Assembly: GCF_036321535.1 (NCBI RefSeq)
Contig: NC_087437.1
Span: 82,586,001-82,650,000 of the forward strand
Length of the DNA stretch: 64,000 bases
Direction: 5' to 3'
Source of the DNA: Camelus dromedarius
Lineage: Eukaryota
In this document: piece after piece, positions 36,698 through 49,120 of the stretch
Position numbering within the stretch: position 1 is the first letter of the stretch
Layout of the letters: every line of letters starts with the position of its first letter
Notes under the pieces: generated by a model
What the model saw: the letters and a program-made list of their open reading frames with translations, nothing else
What the model was told of the DNA's origin: nothing
Databases searched by the model: none
Made by a program: the position numbers and the translations under genes

Positions 36698-38744
36698 CAA
36701 ATCAAGCTACTTTTAACCTGTGGAGTTATATGTCTCCTACAACTAACTCATTAACATTGGGTGAAGTCACTTAAATGATTATGTAACCAAAATACTCTGA
36801 AGGAAACTTCCCTAGAAAGGTTTCAGTAGTTGCCTTGTAATATTCATCATTCATTCTGAATCCAAATGGCTTGCTCTGAAAGTATTCTTCTCATAATCAT
36901 GTCTTCAAAGCATGCTTATTTTGAAATCAACACTTGTTTAGTAGCATGAAAAAAAGTTCGTAATAGTTTTGTGAGAAAAAACATTACACAACAAAATGTA
37001 AACACACACACACCACTTCTCTGAAAAGAGGAAGCAAACAGAAATACTAACCACGCTTATCTTTGAGTGATCACATTTTGAGTTTTTTTTTCCCATTTCC
37101 TTGCTTATCTATAACTTTTAAAATCCAACAATAAACATGTATTGCTGTTGCAAGTCCAAAAGAAAATCAAAAGGCTCTCATGTCAATTTTCTTCTGATTT
37201 TGATTGGGGACATAATTTAAAGTGAGAGTACTTGAGAAACTACTTTGCATTTTGTAGGTCACATCTCCAGCAGCAATGCATAACTAGCATTTGAGGCTAC
37301 CAGAGAGCCTGCCTAATTGTGATCATTGTCCTAAATAGATATTTACAATGAAATGATTTGGACTTTAATACTGCTCAAAAATGCCCTCAGATATTAACAT
37401 CTTAGTGGCTAAAAAGCTACCAAATTTGACATTCAATATATTAGGTAATCTGAATAAAAAGCACTACAGTCTGAAAGAAGGTTTAATTTTTATTAGGGCA
37501 AAAGCAGTCTGCTAAAAATTATGCATTTTTAGTTTTCAGTGCATAATTCCTATTGTATAAATGTTATTGATTTGCCTATAAGGTTGTAATTACTCACTAT
37601 TTCATGATCTATTCAAATGGTTCAATCAACACTCTTTCACTAAGAAGTTAAAATCATGGAAATAAATCAAAAGTATTAAAGAACATAAAACATTATTTTT
37701 ACATTATGGTGCTGGTTGAACATATTTTAGGAATATGTGTCCTTTTAAACTCTCTTGGTCTCTCAGTGTATAATCGATCTCCCTTAAGATCTAGGACATC
37801 TTAACTTAGAATCACTAGCTTAACTTTTAATCACTGAAATAAGTCCATTTACTGGCATCTGGTTTTCAGTATAAGACAATGCACCAAAATCTTGTTTAAA
37901 GTAGATTTTTATATTCTTGAAGCAGAGCTTAGGTATAGCTCTATTTGAATGACCCTTGCTTTGCCTAAAATCATTGAGGCTGGAAAAATTCTTTGTAACA
38001 ATTTATTTAAGAACTCCAAATCAAACTCTGCCAATTATTAATAATCAACTAGCAAATCAGCCCTGGGATTTTGTTTTTCTGGAGCCAAAAAACTTTAACT
38101 CCATAACCCTTTTTATCTGATTTAATCTTCATCCCATTAATCATTCTTATTGTTATTTCTTGGATTATTCTCTGTATCTTTTCCAATTAAGTTCTTCTGA
38201 AGTTATTTGTCTGTCATTACCACCATAGTTCAGCTGTGGAGAGGGCTTCATATGACTGGAATTCTTGTACCTTTTGAGTCTTGCTAAGGAAGGCCTAAAA
38301 TCCCACTGCTCCAAATACGTTTTCATTCTGTTTGTTTTTAAACTGTTCACTTTGTAATCTGTAGCATTTGAGGTAGGAGAGAAGGGAGATGGACATTTTC
38401 CCAACGGAGTAGAAATAGTTAAGGGCTGACTTTGAGACATTCAGTCTCCCAGAATAATGATTTGGGCTCTGGTGTCAAAATTGTATCTGGGAATATGAAC
38501 ATCTGGGCCTAATGAGATATCAGCATGCATTTAAATCATGAATAGACAGTGTTTCTCCAACCTGGTCGCTGCTGGCTACATCAATAAAAGAATTGTCAAT
38601 GATTAGAAAAGTCATTCTCTGACATCTGTTGGCCAGCTATCTTCCCCAGATATGGCAGATTTAATCACTTTGGAAAGCAATTCCATTCATGGGCTATAGT
38701 AAAAATGAGATAGAAGGCAAACTTCCAGCTGTTTTTCCTCCAAG

Positions 38745-38747
<3 letters not shown>

Positions 38748-38793
<46 letters not shown>
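38748..38793. repeat. (CA)~23 microsatellite
   Basis: Uninterrupted CA run. Confidence 0.97.
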
Positions 38794-38794
<1 letters not shown>

Positions 38795-39110
38795 CCCCTC
38801 TTGTGTAGAGAGCTAGCCTGCTTCTTGGCCTACCTGTGAGACTCACCAGAGGGGTCCTGAGAAAGGATTTCACACACAGCTGACTGGACTTATTAATGTT
38901 AGTAACTGCTATTCAGACAGCTTTTCAAATGCAAATATTATTCAAGGTGAGAAATATATTCCTAACAGACCTTTTCTTCATTAACTCTTGTTATTTTTGG
39001 CAGAGCCCAGAGGACACACACATTTTAAAGACAAGAAGAGGGAAGGAGAGGTCAGACTTAACAGGTGTTTGCTGCCCCAGAGCATAGATGAGAGGCAGCC
39101 CTGGAGCTGA

Positions 39111-39220
39111 GGGAGAGGGGCAGGAGGGAGAGGGCGATGCTGGTGGGACTCCACTACCTTAGGTTTCTGCCCAGCCCACGCCCTGTCTGATATAAACATG
39201 TCTACTCGCACACTCAGATG
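39111..39220 (+). promoter_or_regulatory. Candidate promoter/regulatory cluster (G4 motif, KLF/SP box, TATA)
   Basis: GGGAGAGGGGCAGGAGGGAGAGGG 39111-39134, CCACGCCC 39176-39183, TATAAA 39191-39196 in non-repeat DNA; motif evidence only. Confidence 0.3.
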
Positions 39221-39549
39221 CCTTCTGTGCTGTCAATAACTTCATGTTCATGGAGTAGGAGAGTGAATCCTTCTCTTCTTCCCTCTGCATTTAGTCGTCG
39301 ACTTGAGAGAAAAATAAACCTAGTCCTTTTTTCAAATGTTCTTTCAGGAATATCAGGAAATTCATTTGAACAAAGTATGATCAAATATTATCCATATTTA
39401 AATGAAACAAGTATGGAAGTCAGACGGGATAAGGACAAGTTGTAAAGGATTAAAAGCATTAAAAATTACTCTGAATCAGGTAAAGTCTGGTTCTGAGCTG
39501 CTGCAAAGTCCCCTCCAACTCTGAGATTACAAAGTTTTATCACCTGTAT

Positions 39550-39740
39550 TTGTATGACATATCAAATTTATAAAATACCTTCACATATATTATCTAATTT
39601 GATTTTTACAGCAGCTTTAAGTCAAAACACATGAGCCTACAGATAAACTGAGGCTGAGAGATTTTGGATGATTTTTCCAAAGTCATCAACTCCTTGTCAT
39701 GGTTGAATTCTGATTACGACTCCCTGTCCAATGTTTTACA
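39550..39740 (-). mobile_element. MIR SINE (degraded)
   Basis: ttcacatatattatctaatttgatttttacagc...acagataaactgaggctgagagattttggatgatttttccaaagtca. Confidence 0.65.
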
Positions 39741-41667
39741 GCCTTTAATTCACATGATACACATGCAAAGATGTGAGATAAGTTATATCAACATATTGGT
39801 AAGCCTCTTGGCTAAGATAGGGTTCTAAATGAGATAAACTCACTAAAGCTGTTTTCATTCTGCTGCCTTATTAGCATGCCCAAATGTGGTAGACATATGG
39901 TCCCTTCCTTCAAGAATGTTAGCTGTTAAAGATAGCAGAATTGTAAATTAGTCCCCTTTCCACTTGTGTTAGGCTCTTTCAACATGCAAGGAGCACATAT
40001 ACTCAGGTTCCAGGTGGAGTTTATAGTTGGGATACAAGAAGAAGGAAGGACAGAACCTGGTCACCTAAGGCCTTAAGGAAAACTAGGACATCATTCCAAT
40101 GATTACAACTGCATCTTTACAGTTCGAGATCCACAAAAGCTGGAGAAGTCAGAGGGCATCTCTGGAAAGCCAGTGAGAATATACAACTCCTGTGCCTAGG
40201 ATTCTACCATCACCACCCTCCTTATTTCTCTGGTTGTTTGTTTTTATTCCATATAAATTAACCTGCCTCTACACCTCCTTTTCTCTGTCTCACATCTTTT
40301 ATTAATTAGAGCTGATTATCATTACCTTCTTGGGTTATATTACCTTTTATTTTTCTGAGCTATTCTCCTTTGGTCTTATTCTTTTCTTAGAGGATCGGTT
40401 TGAGTGTGCCAGACACCAGGACAGATTTGCTGGGGCTCTAATCACCTTTATAGGTCTATTGCCTATGTCTCTGAGTCATGTTCCCCACCCTCAGCCCCGA
40501 TCCAGTCAGCTTTCCCAAGGATTGTGTAGTCATGTCGCACAAACCATAGTGACCATAGGCAAGGATTCTATCCCAAGGTTTGGGGCATGCTAATAGTCAG
40601 AGACCTCTCATGGCAACCTGAATGCACTACACTAACTGACATTCCTTGGTTTTTTAATCTTAATTTGCTAAATGTTTTTAAATACTTTATTTTATTTTAT
40701 TTTATTTTAAGAAGTCTGATTTATTGATTCCTGTCTATTCACTTGGACCAACTTGGACCAGTTTTCAACTCAACATAAATATATACAAATAAATGAATAT
40801 AAACATTTCAGTAGCACTTGAGACAGTGAGAAATTTGGGTAGCAATAATAACAAAATCAAGAAGTAGAAATCCTCTTATCCTATGCAGTCAGGACCAGTA
40901 ATTAGTCAAAAATTTAATGTGAGGAATTTTTTAAAATGATACATTGTTTGAAGATAATATTTTAGTTTATTATGTGTAAATATTTTTTATTGGAGTGTTC
41001 CATGGTAGTCCATGTTGCATGAAGACCATCATCCCTAATATGACAATCTGTAATTTCCAATTTTGGCTTCTTTAGAGTAAAGTAAAAATGTAAACACATT
41101 TGCAAATTAATATTGGTGCATAAGTGTTAAGATTTTGAGAATATTTTCCCAATCATTTATAAATTTCTTATCTACACCTAATTTAAAAAGAAAATTTTAT
41201 TTAGAAACACAAGATTATCATGCCTCAATTAGAGAAATGAACTTAGTTTTGATAGAAATAACTATTTTCCACTCATATTTCTTTCAGTTAAATATCTGAA
41301 TGAATTTTTAAATTTTAAATAAAATAATTTAAAATGACATTAAAATATGAAGTAACATAAGGCAACAACAAAACTGACTTTTGCTAAGTCTATAACACAA
41401 CTGATGGGAACAGAAGTACCAATATGGCTTGGAGAATAAAATAGTCTTTGGTTGTGAGTGTTTGCTGTGCCATGAGCATCAGTCATTGTGATTTACAGAG
41501 GGAAAACAGACATTCCATTTATCTAGCAAGTAAGCTAAGGGATTTTCCTATACATATACTCCACCTGGCTCATAATTTCTCTTCGGTTATAATAACATGT
41601 AAGCTTTAGAAAGATATAAAGTGGAGATAAAATTCCACTGGTGAATTTTAAATAAAGATAATTTTAC

Positions 41668-42558
41668 AATAAATGGACAGAAGATCTAAATAGACATTTC
41701 TCCAAAGAAGGCATACAGATGACTAACAGGCACATGAAAAGATGCTCAACATTGCTAATTATCAGGGAAATGCAAATCAAAACTACAATGAGGTATCACT
41801 TCACACTGATCAGAATGGCCATCATTCAAAAGTCTACAAACAATAAATTTTGGAGAGGGTGTGGAGAAAAGGGAACCCTCCTACACTGTTAGTGGGAATG
41901 TAATTTGGTGCAGCCACTATGGAAAACAGTATGGAGGTTCCTTAAAAAACTGAAAATAGAGCTACCATATGATCCAGCAATCCTACTCCTGGGCATATAT
42001 CCAGAAAAGATGAAAACATCAATTTGAAAAGATACATGCACCCCAGTGTTCATAGCAGCACTGTTTACAGTATCCAAGACATAGAAGCAAGCTGTGTTCA
42101 TCAACAGATGAATGGAATATTATTCAGCTATAAAAAAAGGACGAAATATTGCTATTTGCAGCAACATGGATGGACCTAGAGAATATCACACTAAGTGAAG
42201 TAAGTCAGAAAGAGAAAGACAACTATTATATGATATCATCTATATGTGGAATCTAAAAAATAATACTAATGAATTTATTTACAGACAGAAACAGACTAAT
42301 AAATAGAAAACAAACTTAGTTACCAAAGGGAAAAGTAGGGGAGGGATAAATTAGGAGTATGGGATTAACAGATACACATTAATCTATATAAAAATTATAA
42401 ACAACAAGGATTTACTGTATAGTACAGGGAGCTATGTTCAATATCTTATAATAATCTATAATAGAAAAGAATCTGAAAAAATATGTAACTGAATCACTTT
42501 GCTATATACCTGAAACTAACACAATATTGTAAATCAACTATACTTTGATTTTAAAAAA
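41668..42558 (+). mobile_element. L1 ORF2 C-terminus and 3'UTR
   Basis: aaatggacagaagatctaaatagacatttctccaaagaag...cagggaaatgcaaatcaaaactacaatgagg...tgtaaatcaactatactt. Confidence 0.93.
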
Positions 42559-42569
42559 GTTGATGAAGG

Positions 42570-43750
42570 CTAACTTCTTTTTTATGAGTGCTACTTCATA
42601 GGTATGATCAGTTTGTGAAAGTTCATAAGCTGTACCCTGGTGATGTGTACACTTTTATGTGTCTATGTTTGACTTCAATAAGGTTTTTTTTTAAATAAGT
42701 TATAGAAAAAATAAAAAATAAAGATGATATCAGATAGAAAACTACAAAAGAACATGAGACTGATCAGTATAGGTAAACAAATGAGAAACAGAAATAGGCA
42801 CCTCCTCAGAATATACAGAGAAATAAAATTGTAGTGAATAAAATAGACGTAGATTTCTGTTTGCCAAAAATACAGGAAGTAGAGAACATGAAAGAGAATA
42901 ACAGACATTCTTTAAATGCATTGAGAAATCAGAAGTGACAGGGAGCAAAAAAAGAAATAAGTAGCAAGTCCATGAGCTGAGGCATATCTGCTCTTAGGGG
43001 TGTGCTAACCTTGGGTTTTAGCACAGATTGAAACAGTAGCAGAGACACTGGGACTCAGAAAAGCAAGGAATTGGAACTAAGACTCCCAACATAAAGTTGG
43101 AACCTGAAGGGCCTGTACTCAATTAAAAGGTTAAAAAGAAAAGTCTACTGACACAGGGAGACTATAGGAAAGTTTTCTTTAGTCTGGGTTTTAAGTGGCT
43201 AAAAAAAAATTGCTCTGTATTAGGCCTGTATCAAACATTGTCTGGTTTGGAAAATAAATTACCATAAAAATTGCTCTTATAACAGCAATACTTCTAAGAG
43301 TCATGGAATTAAAAAAAACACAAGAATTCTCTGATAGGACGTGCTTTCAACCTGCGCTGCACAGGATTCCCAAGAGAAGGAAAATGAATTTACAGTGCAG
43401 TTATAAGAGGAAACAATCCACCATAAATGAGACAGCACATACAACAGGAGATGTTGAATCCCATTAATGGCAGAAAATAGAACAATCTGACAGAGATTCT
43501 GAAATAAATGATTAAGATGATTAAATAAAGAGAGGAAAAAGTAAGACTCAAAGCTGTAGGGGAAAAGGACATAAAAGCATAAAAATAAGGTGCGGTGATA
43601 AATGGATAGAGAGATGGCTAGGTAGACAAATGTGTATACATCAAGTATAGTAAAATGTTATAGTAGAATATAGGTGATGGGTATACAGGTGTTCAGTGTA
43701 AAATGATTTCAATTCTTATATGTTTGAAATTTTTATAGTAAAGTATTGGG
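42570..43750 (+). mobile_element. Mosaic of ancient L1ME 3' and 5' fragments
   Basis: cagtttgtgaaagttcataagctgtac (3' end); ggtgatgggtatacaggtgttcagtgtaaaatgatttcaattcttatatgtttgaaattttt (L1ME 3' end). Confidence 0.5.
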
Positions 43751-44014
43751 AGAAATATACAATGAACAAAGAGTAGTGAGAGACAAAAAGAATCAACAAA
43801 ACAACTATAAAAGGTGGGCAAATATTTATAAAACTGTTGCAGTCATTAGTCATCAATAAAGGACCACAGGAAAATGCAGGGGACCATAATAAAACTGAAA
43901 TAGGCATGTTTGGGAACACGTAAAAACCATTTCACTGTAAGTATACAACTTGTACATATATAAGGTTTTATATATCCTTATATACAATGATAGGGACCAA
44001 TGTTTAACATGGAG

Positions 44015-44207
44015 CAGTGGCAGTGATACTCAGTGTGGCCTCCTGATAAACAGCGTCAGCGTCGTCTATAAACTTGTTATAAAAGCAAGTCTTCAGGCTC
44101 CTCCACAGACCTACTAAATCAGAAACTCCAGGGTTAGGGCCCAGCTCTCTGGTTTAATAAGGTCTCCAGGTGATTCTTATTCCCTCTTAGTTAGCAGAGT
44201 GTCGCTG
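44015..44207. mobile_element. MER5A-like hAT-Charlie DNA transposon
   Basis: cttcaggctcctccacagacctactaaatcagaaactccagggttagggcccag...tttaataaggtctccaggtgattcttat. Confidence 0.85.
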
Positions 44208-44399
44208 GCTATAGGGAAATAGAATTTCTGATAGAAGGTAACTAATAAAAAATTAACTAGTGGTAAAAACTAATGATAATACCTAATCTTAAGAAACTTT
44301 CCTTTGGAGTCCAAAATGAATAGTTTTATTATTCTTTCAATGGAGTACTTGCAAACTGTTCTACTTTCTACATTAAAAATGTTGGTGAATTTTACCATC

Positions 44400-46620
44400 A
44401 GACTTTTAAAACTGATAAGAAAGTTAGCAAAGTCATGCCAAATATAGGATTAATATACAAAGTTCTGTAAAATTTAAATGTGTTTCTATAAGGCAGAACC
44501 ATTTAGAAAATGTGATTTTAAAAGATATATTTACAATAAACATAAGGCACCTGTAAATAAAGATAATACAATGTGTGCAAAAAATTTATGAAGAAATTAT
44601 ATAAAATCTTACTGTGAATCATGGAGATATCTATAAGAGATAGCTTACTGAATGAGAAGAGTCAATATCATGAGAATGAAGTGCTCCTAGAATGTGTATG
44701 TGTACATATGTGTACATACATGTTTTATTTATATATATATACAGACACATATATTGCATATATACATATGAATATGTCTTTAAAATTTCAAATAATTCCA
44801 TTCCAATTCTCAAATAGAGTTTTAATGTGAGAAGCTGATCACAAACTATATATGAAACAAGAATCAAGAACAACAAAGAAAATCTTAAAACATAAGAGCT
44901 GATTTACCATCAAGACTTGCCATAATTAAAACAATGTGGTATTGATGTAAGAAGTGACCAAAAGAACAGTGAGGATAATATAGCATAGAATCTTACTTTT
45001 GTATACACAGGCTGGGAAAATATTAGGGGTATTATTAGTTGTTGGGGGAAAAATGGGGTATCCAATAAAAGGTGTGAGATGATTGGATGCCCATATGGTA
45101 AAAAGATAATATTACACACATATGGTAAAAAGATAAGATTCACCTCACATCATACCATCTATAAAAAATAGATGATAGATTATTTAAAGGGTAAATGTGA
45201 AAAGCCAAATTTTAAATTTTTGAAGAGATATCAAAGGATATCTTCATGGCATGCACTAGTGAAGGATTATTTAATCGACACAGAGAGTCAAACAGAATAC
45301 AGTGCCAGGAAATAAACCCAATCACTTGCAGTCAGTTAAACTATGACAAAGGAGGCATGAATATACAGTGGAGAAAAGACAGTCCTCTTCAGTAAGTGGT
45401 GCTAGAAAAACTGGACAGCTACCTGTAAAAGAATGAAATTGGAATATTTTCTAATGCCATATACAAAAATAAACTCAAAAAAAAAAAAAAAAAAAACCTC
45501 AAAATGGACTAAAGACCGCAAACCATAAAACTCCTAGAAGAGAACATAGGCAGAATACTCTTTGACATAAATCATAGCAATATTTTTTGGATTTTTCTCT
45601 TAAGGCAAAGGAAACAAAAGCAAAAATAAACAAGTGCGACCTAACTAAATTTAAAAGCTTTTACACGGCAAAGGAAACAATCAACAAGACAAAAAGACAA
45701 CCAAATAAATGGGAGAAAATATTTGCAAATGAGATGAACAATAGGGGGTTAATATCCAAAATACATAAAAAGTTCTTACAACTCAATAGTCAGAAAAAAA
45801 GACCTCAATTAAAAAATGGGCAGAAGACTTGAATAGGCATTTTTTTTTTCAAAGAAGACATACCGGTGGCTAAGAGGCACGTTGAAAGATATCAACGTTG
45901 TTAATCATCAGAGAAATGCAAATCAAAACCACAATGAGATATCACCTTATACCTGTCAGAATGGCTATCCTCAAAAAGATAACAAATAATAAATGTTGGT
46001 GATGATGTGTAGATATGGGAAGCCTTGTACACTTTTGGTGAGAATATAAACTGGTGCAGCCACTGTGGAAAACAGTATGGAGTCTCCTCAAAAAACTAAA
46101 AGTAGAACTACCACTTGATCCAGCAATTCCACTCCTGGGTATATATCCAAAGAAATAGCCAATATTTTATATTTTATATTATATTTTATATTACAGTATT
46201 TTATATTACAAAATATATATACAATATTTTATATTACAAATGGAGAATAACCTTTAAAAATTGTGAATTACTATGCTGTACACTTAAAACATATAATATT
46301 ATAAATCAACTATACCTCAATTAAAATAAAAAAGACACATAGAGCCAAAACATGAAGGAAATGATGGATATATTTAACTACTAAGTTTAATTCTTTTCTC
46401 TGGCAGAAGACACCATAAATAAATTGAAGTGCCGAAACATGGATTGGGGTAAAATATTTATAGTGCTTAGAACCAACAAATAATTAGTATCTAAAATACA
46501 TAAAGAACTCAAATCAATAAAAAGAAAAACTCATTAGAAGAATGCATGAAGACTAGGAACAGTCAATTTAACAGAAGAATAAACCTGAATGAGCCAAAAT
46601 ACATGAAATTGAGACATGAT
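44400..46620 (+). mobile_element. Ancient L1ME ORF2 remnant hosting a younger L1
   Basis: aaactgataagaaagttagcaaag; aagctgatcacaaactatatatg; resumes after 46350 with agaagacaccataaataaattg...tagtatctaaaatacataaagaactc. Confidence 0.7.
45293..46333 (+). mobile_element. Younger L1 3' part nested in old L1, with internal deletion
   Basis: ORF 45587-45832 KAKETKAKINKCDLTKFKSFYTAKETINKTKRQPNKWEKIFAN; TSD-like gacacagagagtcaaa 45277-45292 / gacacatagagccaaa 46334-46349 (14/16). Confidence 0.9.
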
Positions 46621-47354
46621 TTTTTTTTTTATTGGTTTTCTGTCCTTGCAGTTGAGTATGTGTAATGTACTGGAGGGCAATGAATGAATATTGTCAGTCT
46701 TTCATTTTAAACTTTAAATCTATTTTTTGCATCAATAATTTGAATATTTCTGCAAAAGATAAGTCCAAGTTACTGCCTGCTCATTCAGTTTTGATTTGAA
46801 GACCTACTTGGGATGAAATATATACTCAAGATGCTTTGACTTTCCAGCTAGACCAAAGAAAATTCATTTATTTATTGATATAGCAACTTAATTTCTATAG
46901 AACTCATTGAAATGAGAGTGTTTCTCTTCACCCCACATTAGCTGCAGATAAGAGCAGGGAAAATTCAGGAAGGCCTTTTTTTTGATTCCTTAGGTGTCTC
47001 ACAATTAAGATTCATTCCCTGGGGATATTAAAAACTTTGGGTGCAGAAAAATTGTATAAAAATTTATACTTGGAGAATCTGTGGAAACATTGAAGCTGGG
47101 AGCATTCTAAACTAGGAAATTAGATTATATTCAAAGAAAGTAATCCATGGAGGCCAAGATCAAATCTGAAAATTAAGTGGCAGTTGAGAAGAGCTAAGGA
47201 TTAGGAGGATAACCCACTGCAACTTTGTTGTTACAAACTGGTGTTTTAAGATTTATTCATCTTTTATTGTTTAATCATGGCAATTTAAATAGAGAATTTT
47301 TTGTATTTAAAAAATCACTGGTTGGGATGTTGTTCACATTTCTATTTTAAGGAA

Positions 47355-47590
47355 TGGTTAGTGGGTTGGGTTTGGAATGAGACTACATGGATTTAAATGC
47401 TGGGTTTGCTGTGTGCCTTTGAGCAGGATATATGGCCTCTCTGTCTCAGTTCCCTTTATGCAAGAGGGAGTGGTTAATAGCACCTACCACATAAGGTTAT
47501 TATAAGGATTAAAGGAGCTAATACAGGTAAATATTACAACGTGTCTGAAAAAATACTAAACACTGGATAAAATTGGGTTAGCTATATTTT
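47355..47590 (+). mobile_element. MIR SINE
   Basis: gctgtgtgcctttgagcagg...cctctctgtctcagttccc...taatagcacctaccacataaggttattataaggattaaa. Confidence 0.75.
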
Positions 47591-48399
47591 ACCACATCTA
47601 CAGGAAGCCTGCCTGTTTGTATGTCCAGTATCGAACTATGGTTCACTGGCTGCCAGTTTTCATGCCTAAAAACTACTAGCTGGTCTCTTTTTAAGGGTTG
47701 GAATTAAAAATTAAACGTTAAGAGAAAGATAGGACACTTCAACAAAGATACACATATGTATTTCTGATGGAATATACACAGATTAGATTACATCTGACCA
47801 CTGATACTAAACACACAAACACATACACCACAAAGATGTGGGTCAGCCAAAACCTGGGTACACATAATTTGCATTCCTAAAAACCATGGTAACAAACCAC
47901 TATGTTGAAATTGACATTCCATATAGTCTTTGCTATTAACCAGAAGTGCAGATATTTTCCAACATAATTAAAACATGATTGGAACTACAAAATGGGGCAT
48001 GGGGGGTGGGTAGCTATGCATTTAAAAACCATTTTGAACTCAGACCGTTAAAACCAAGCTTTTTAATTTACGGATGAGGGAACTTAGTATCACAGGTGTT
48101 ACACAGGGCTAGAACATAGATCTGTTAATAATCTGTTCAATGTTCTTCCCTGCCCCGAGTTCAATAATGACTTTTCCAGTTGTATTTATTATAAACTTAA
48201 GGGATACATTCATATGGCTGCTTAAAAGTATGTCTTCAGCGAAAGCTTTGGGCCCAGTACTCAGCTAGACACCCAGGGGAGATGTGCAGCATTTATATGT
48301 GGCAATTTTAATAAGGAGAGCTGAGGACTTTTTGCAAAAGATGACTGAGTAAAAAGTAATGTGTGATATTTTCACTTTCAAATAAAGTGCTGTGGTTAA

Positions 48400-49120
48400 A
48401 ACTGGAGGGACTTAATTCAAGCTGGCAGGGTTCCAGGATAGGTTTTACTAACTCCTAGCCATGAAACTTTGGTCAAGTTATTTAACCTTTCCTCAGCCTC
48501 AATTTTCTCATCTTGTAAAACAAAGTTTGTGGACCTTGAGGGCATTATGCTAAGTGAAATAAGTCAGAGAGAAAGACAAATACCATATGATCTCACTTGT
48601 ATGTGAAAAAAACCAAAAAATAGAAAAACAGTCCCATAAATACAGGGAACAGACTGGTAGTTGCCAGAAGTAGGGGGTAAGGGGTGGTCAGAATGGTTGA
48701 AGGTGGTCACAAAGTACAAACTTACAGTAATTAAATAAGTCTAGAGACGTAAAGCATAGCATGAGGAATATGGTTAATGATACTGTACTGTGTATTTGGA
48801 AGTTTCTAAGAGAATAGATCTGAAAAGTTCTTATCACAAGAAAAAAAATGTAACTCTATATGGTGATGGATGCTGACTAGACCTGTGGTGGTGATCATTT
48901 TGCAGTATATACAAGTATCAAATTATTATGTTGAATACCTGAAACTAATATGATATTGTATCAGTTATATCACAAGTTAGAAAAAAAACAGGGTTTGCGT
49001 CTTTCTCAAAGAGTTGTTGTGACGATAAAATGCGTAAAATAAGCAAAGCACTTGTGGGCTAGTACCTAGTACAGAGTCAGTGATCAATAAATATGAGACC
49101 AGCCATCATTATCGTTACCA
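48400..49120 (+). mobile_element. MIR split by an L1 3' end
   Basis: ggtcaagttatttaacctttcctcagcctcaattttctcatcttgtaaaa (left) continues as tctcaaagagttgttgtgacgataaaatg...gtacagagtcagtgatcaataaat (right). Confidence 0.7.
48530..48984 (+). mobile_element. L1MA-like 3' end
   Basis: ggaccttgagggcattatgctaagtgaaataagtcagag...acctgaaactaatatgatattgtatcagttatat; TSD-like aaaacaaagtttg 48517-48529 / aaaacagggtttg 48985-48997. Confidence 0.88.

Noticed and set aside
38165..38440. 91-aa ATG-initiated minus-strand ORF
   Set aside because: No recognisable domain; length is within chance expectation for 64 kb.
40741..40760. 10-bp tandem duplication ACTTGGACCA (similar case near 61252)
   Set aside because: Common microduplication with no functional indication.
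45092..45136. Exact 18-bp duplication CATATGGTAAAAAGATAA with 9-bp spacer
   Set aside because: Local duplication inside a decayed L1; only two copies and no associated structure.
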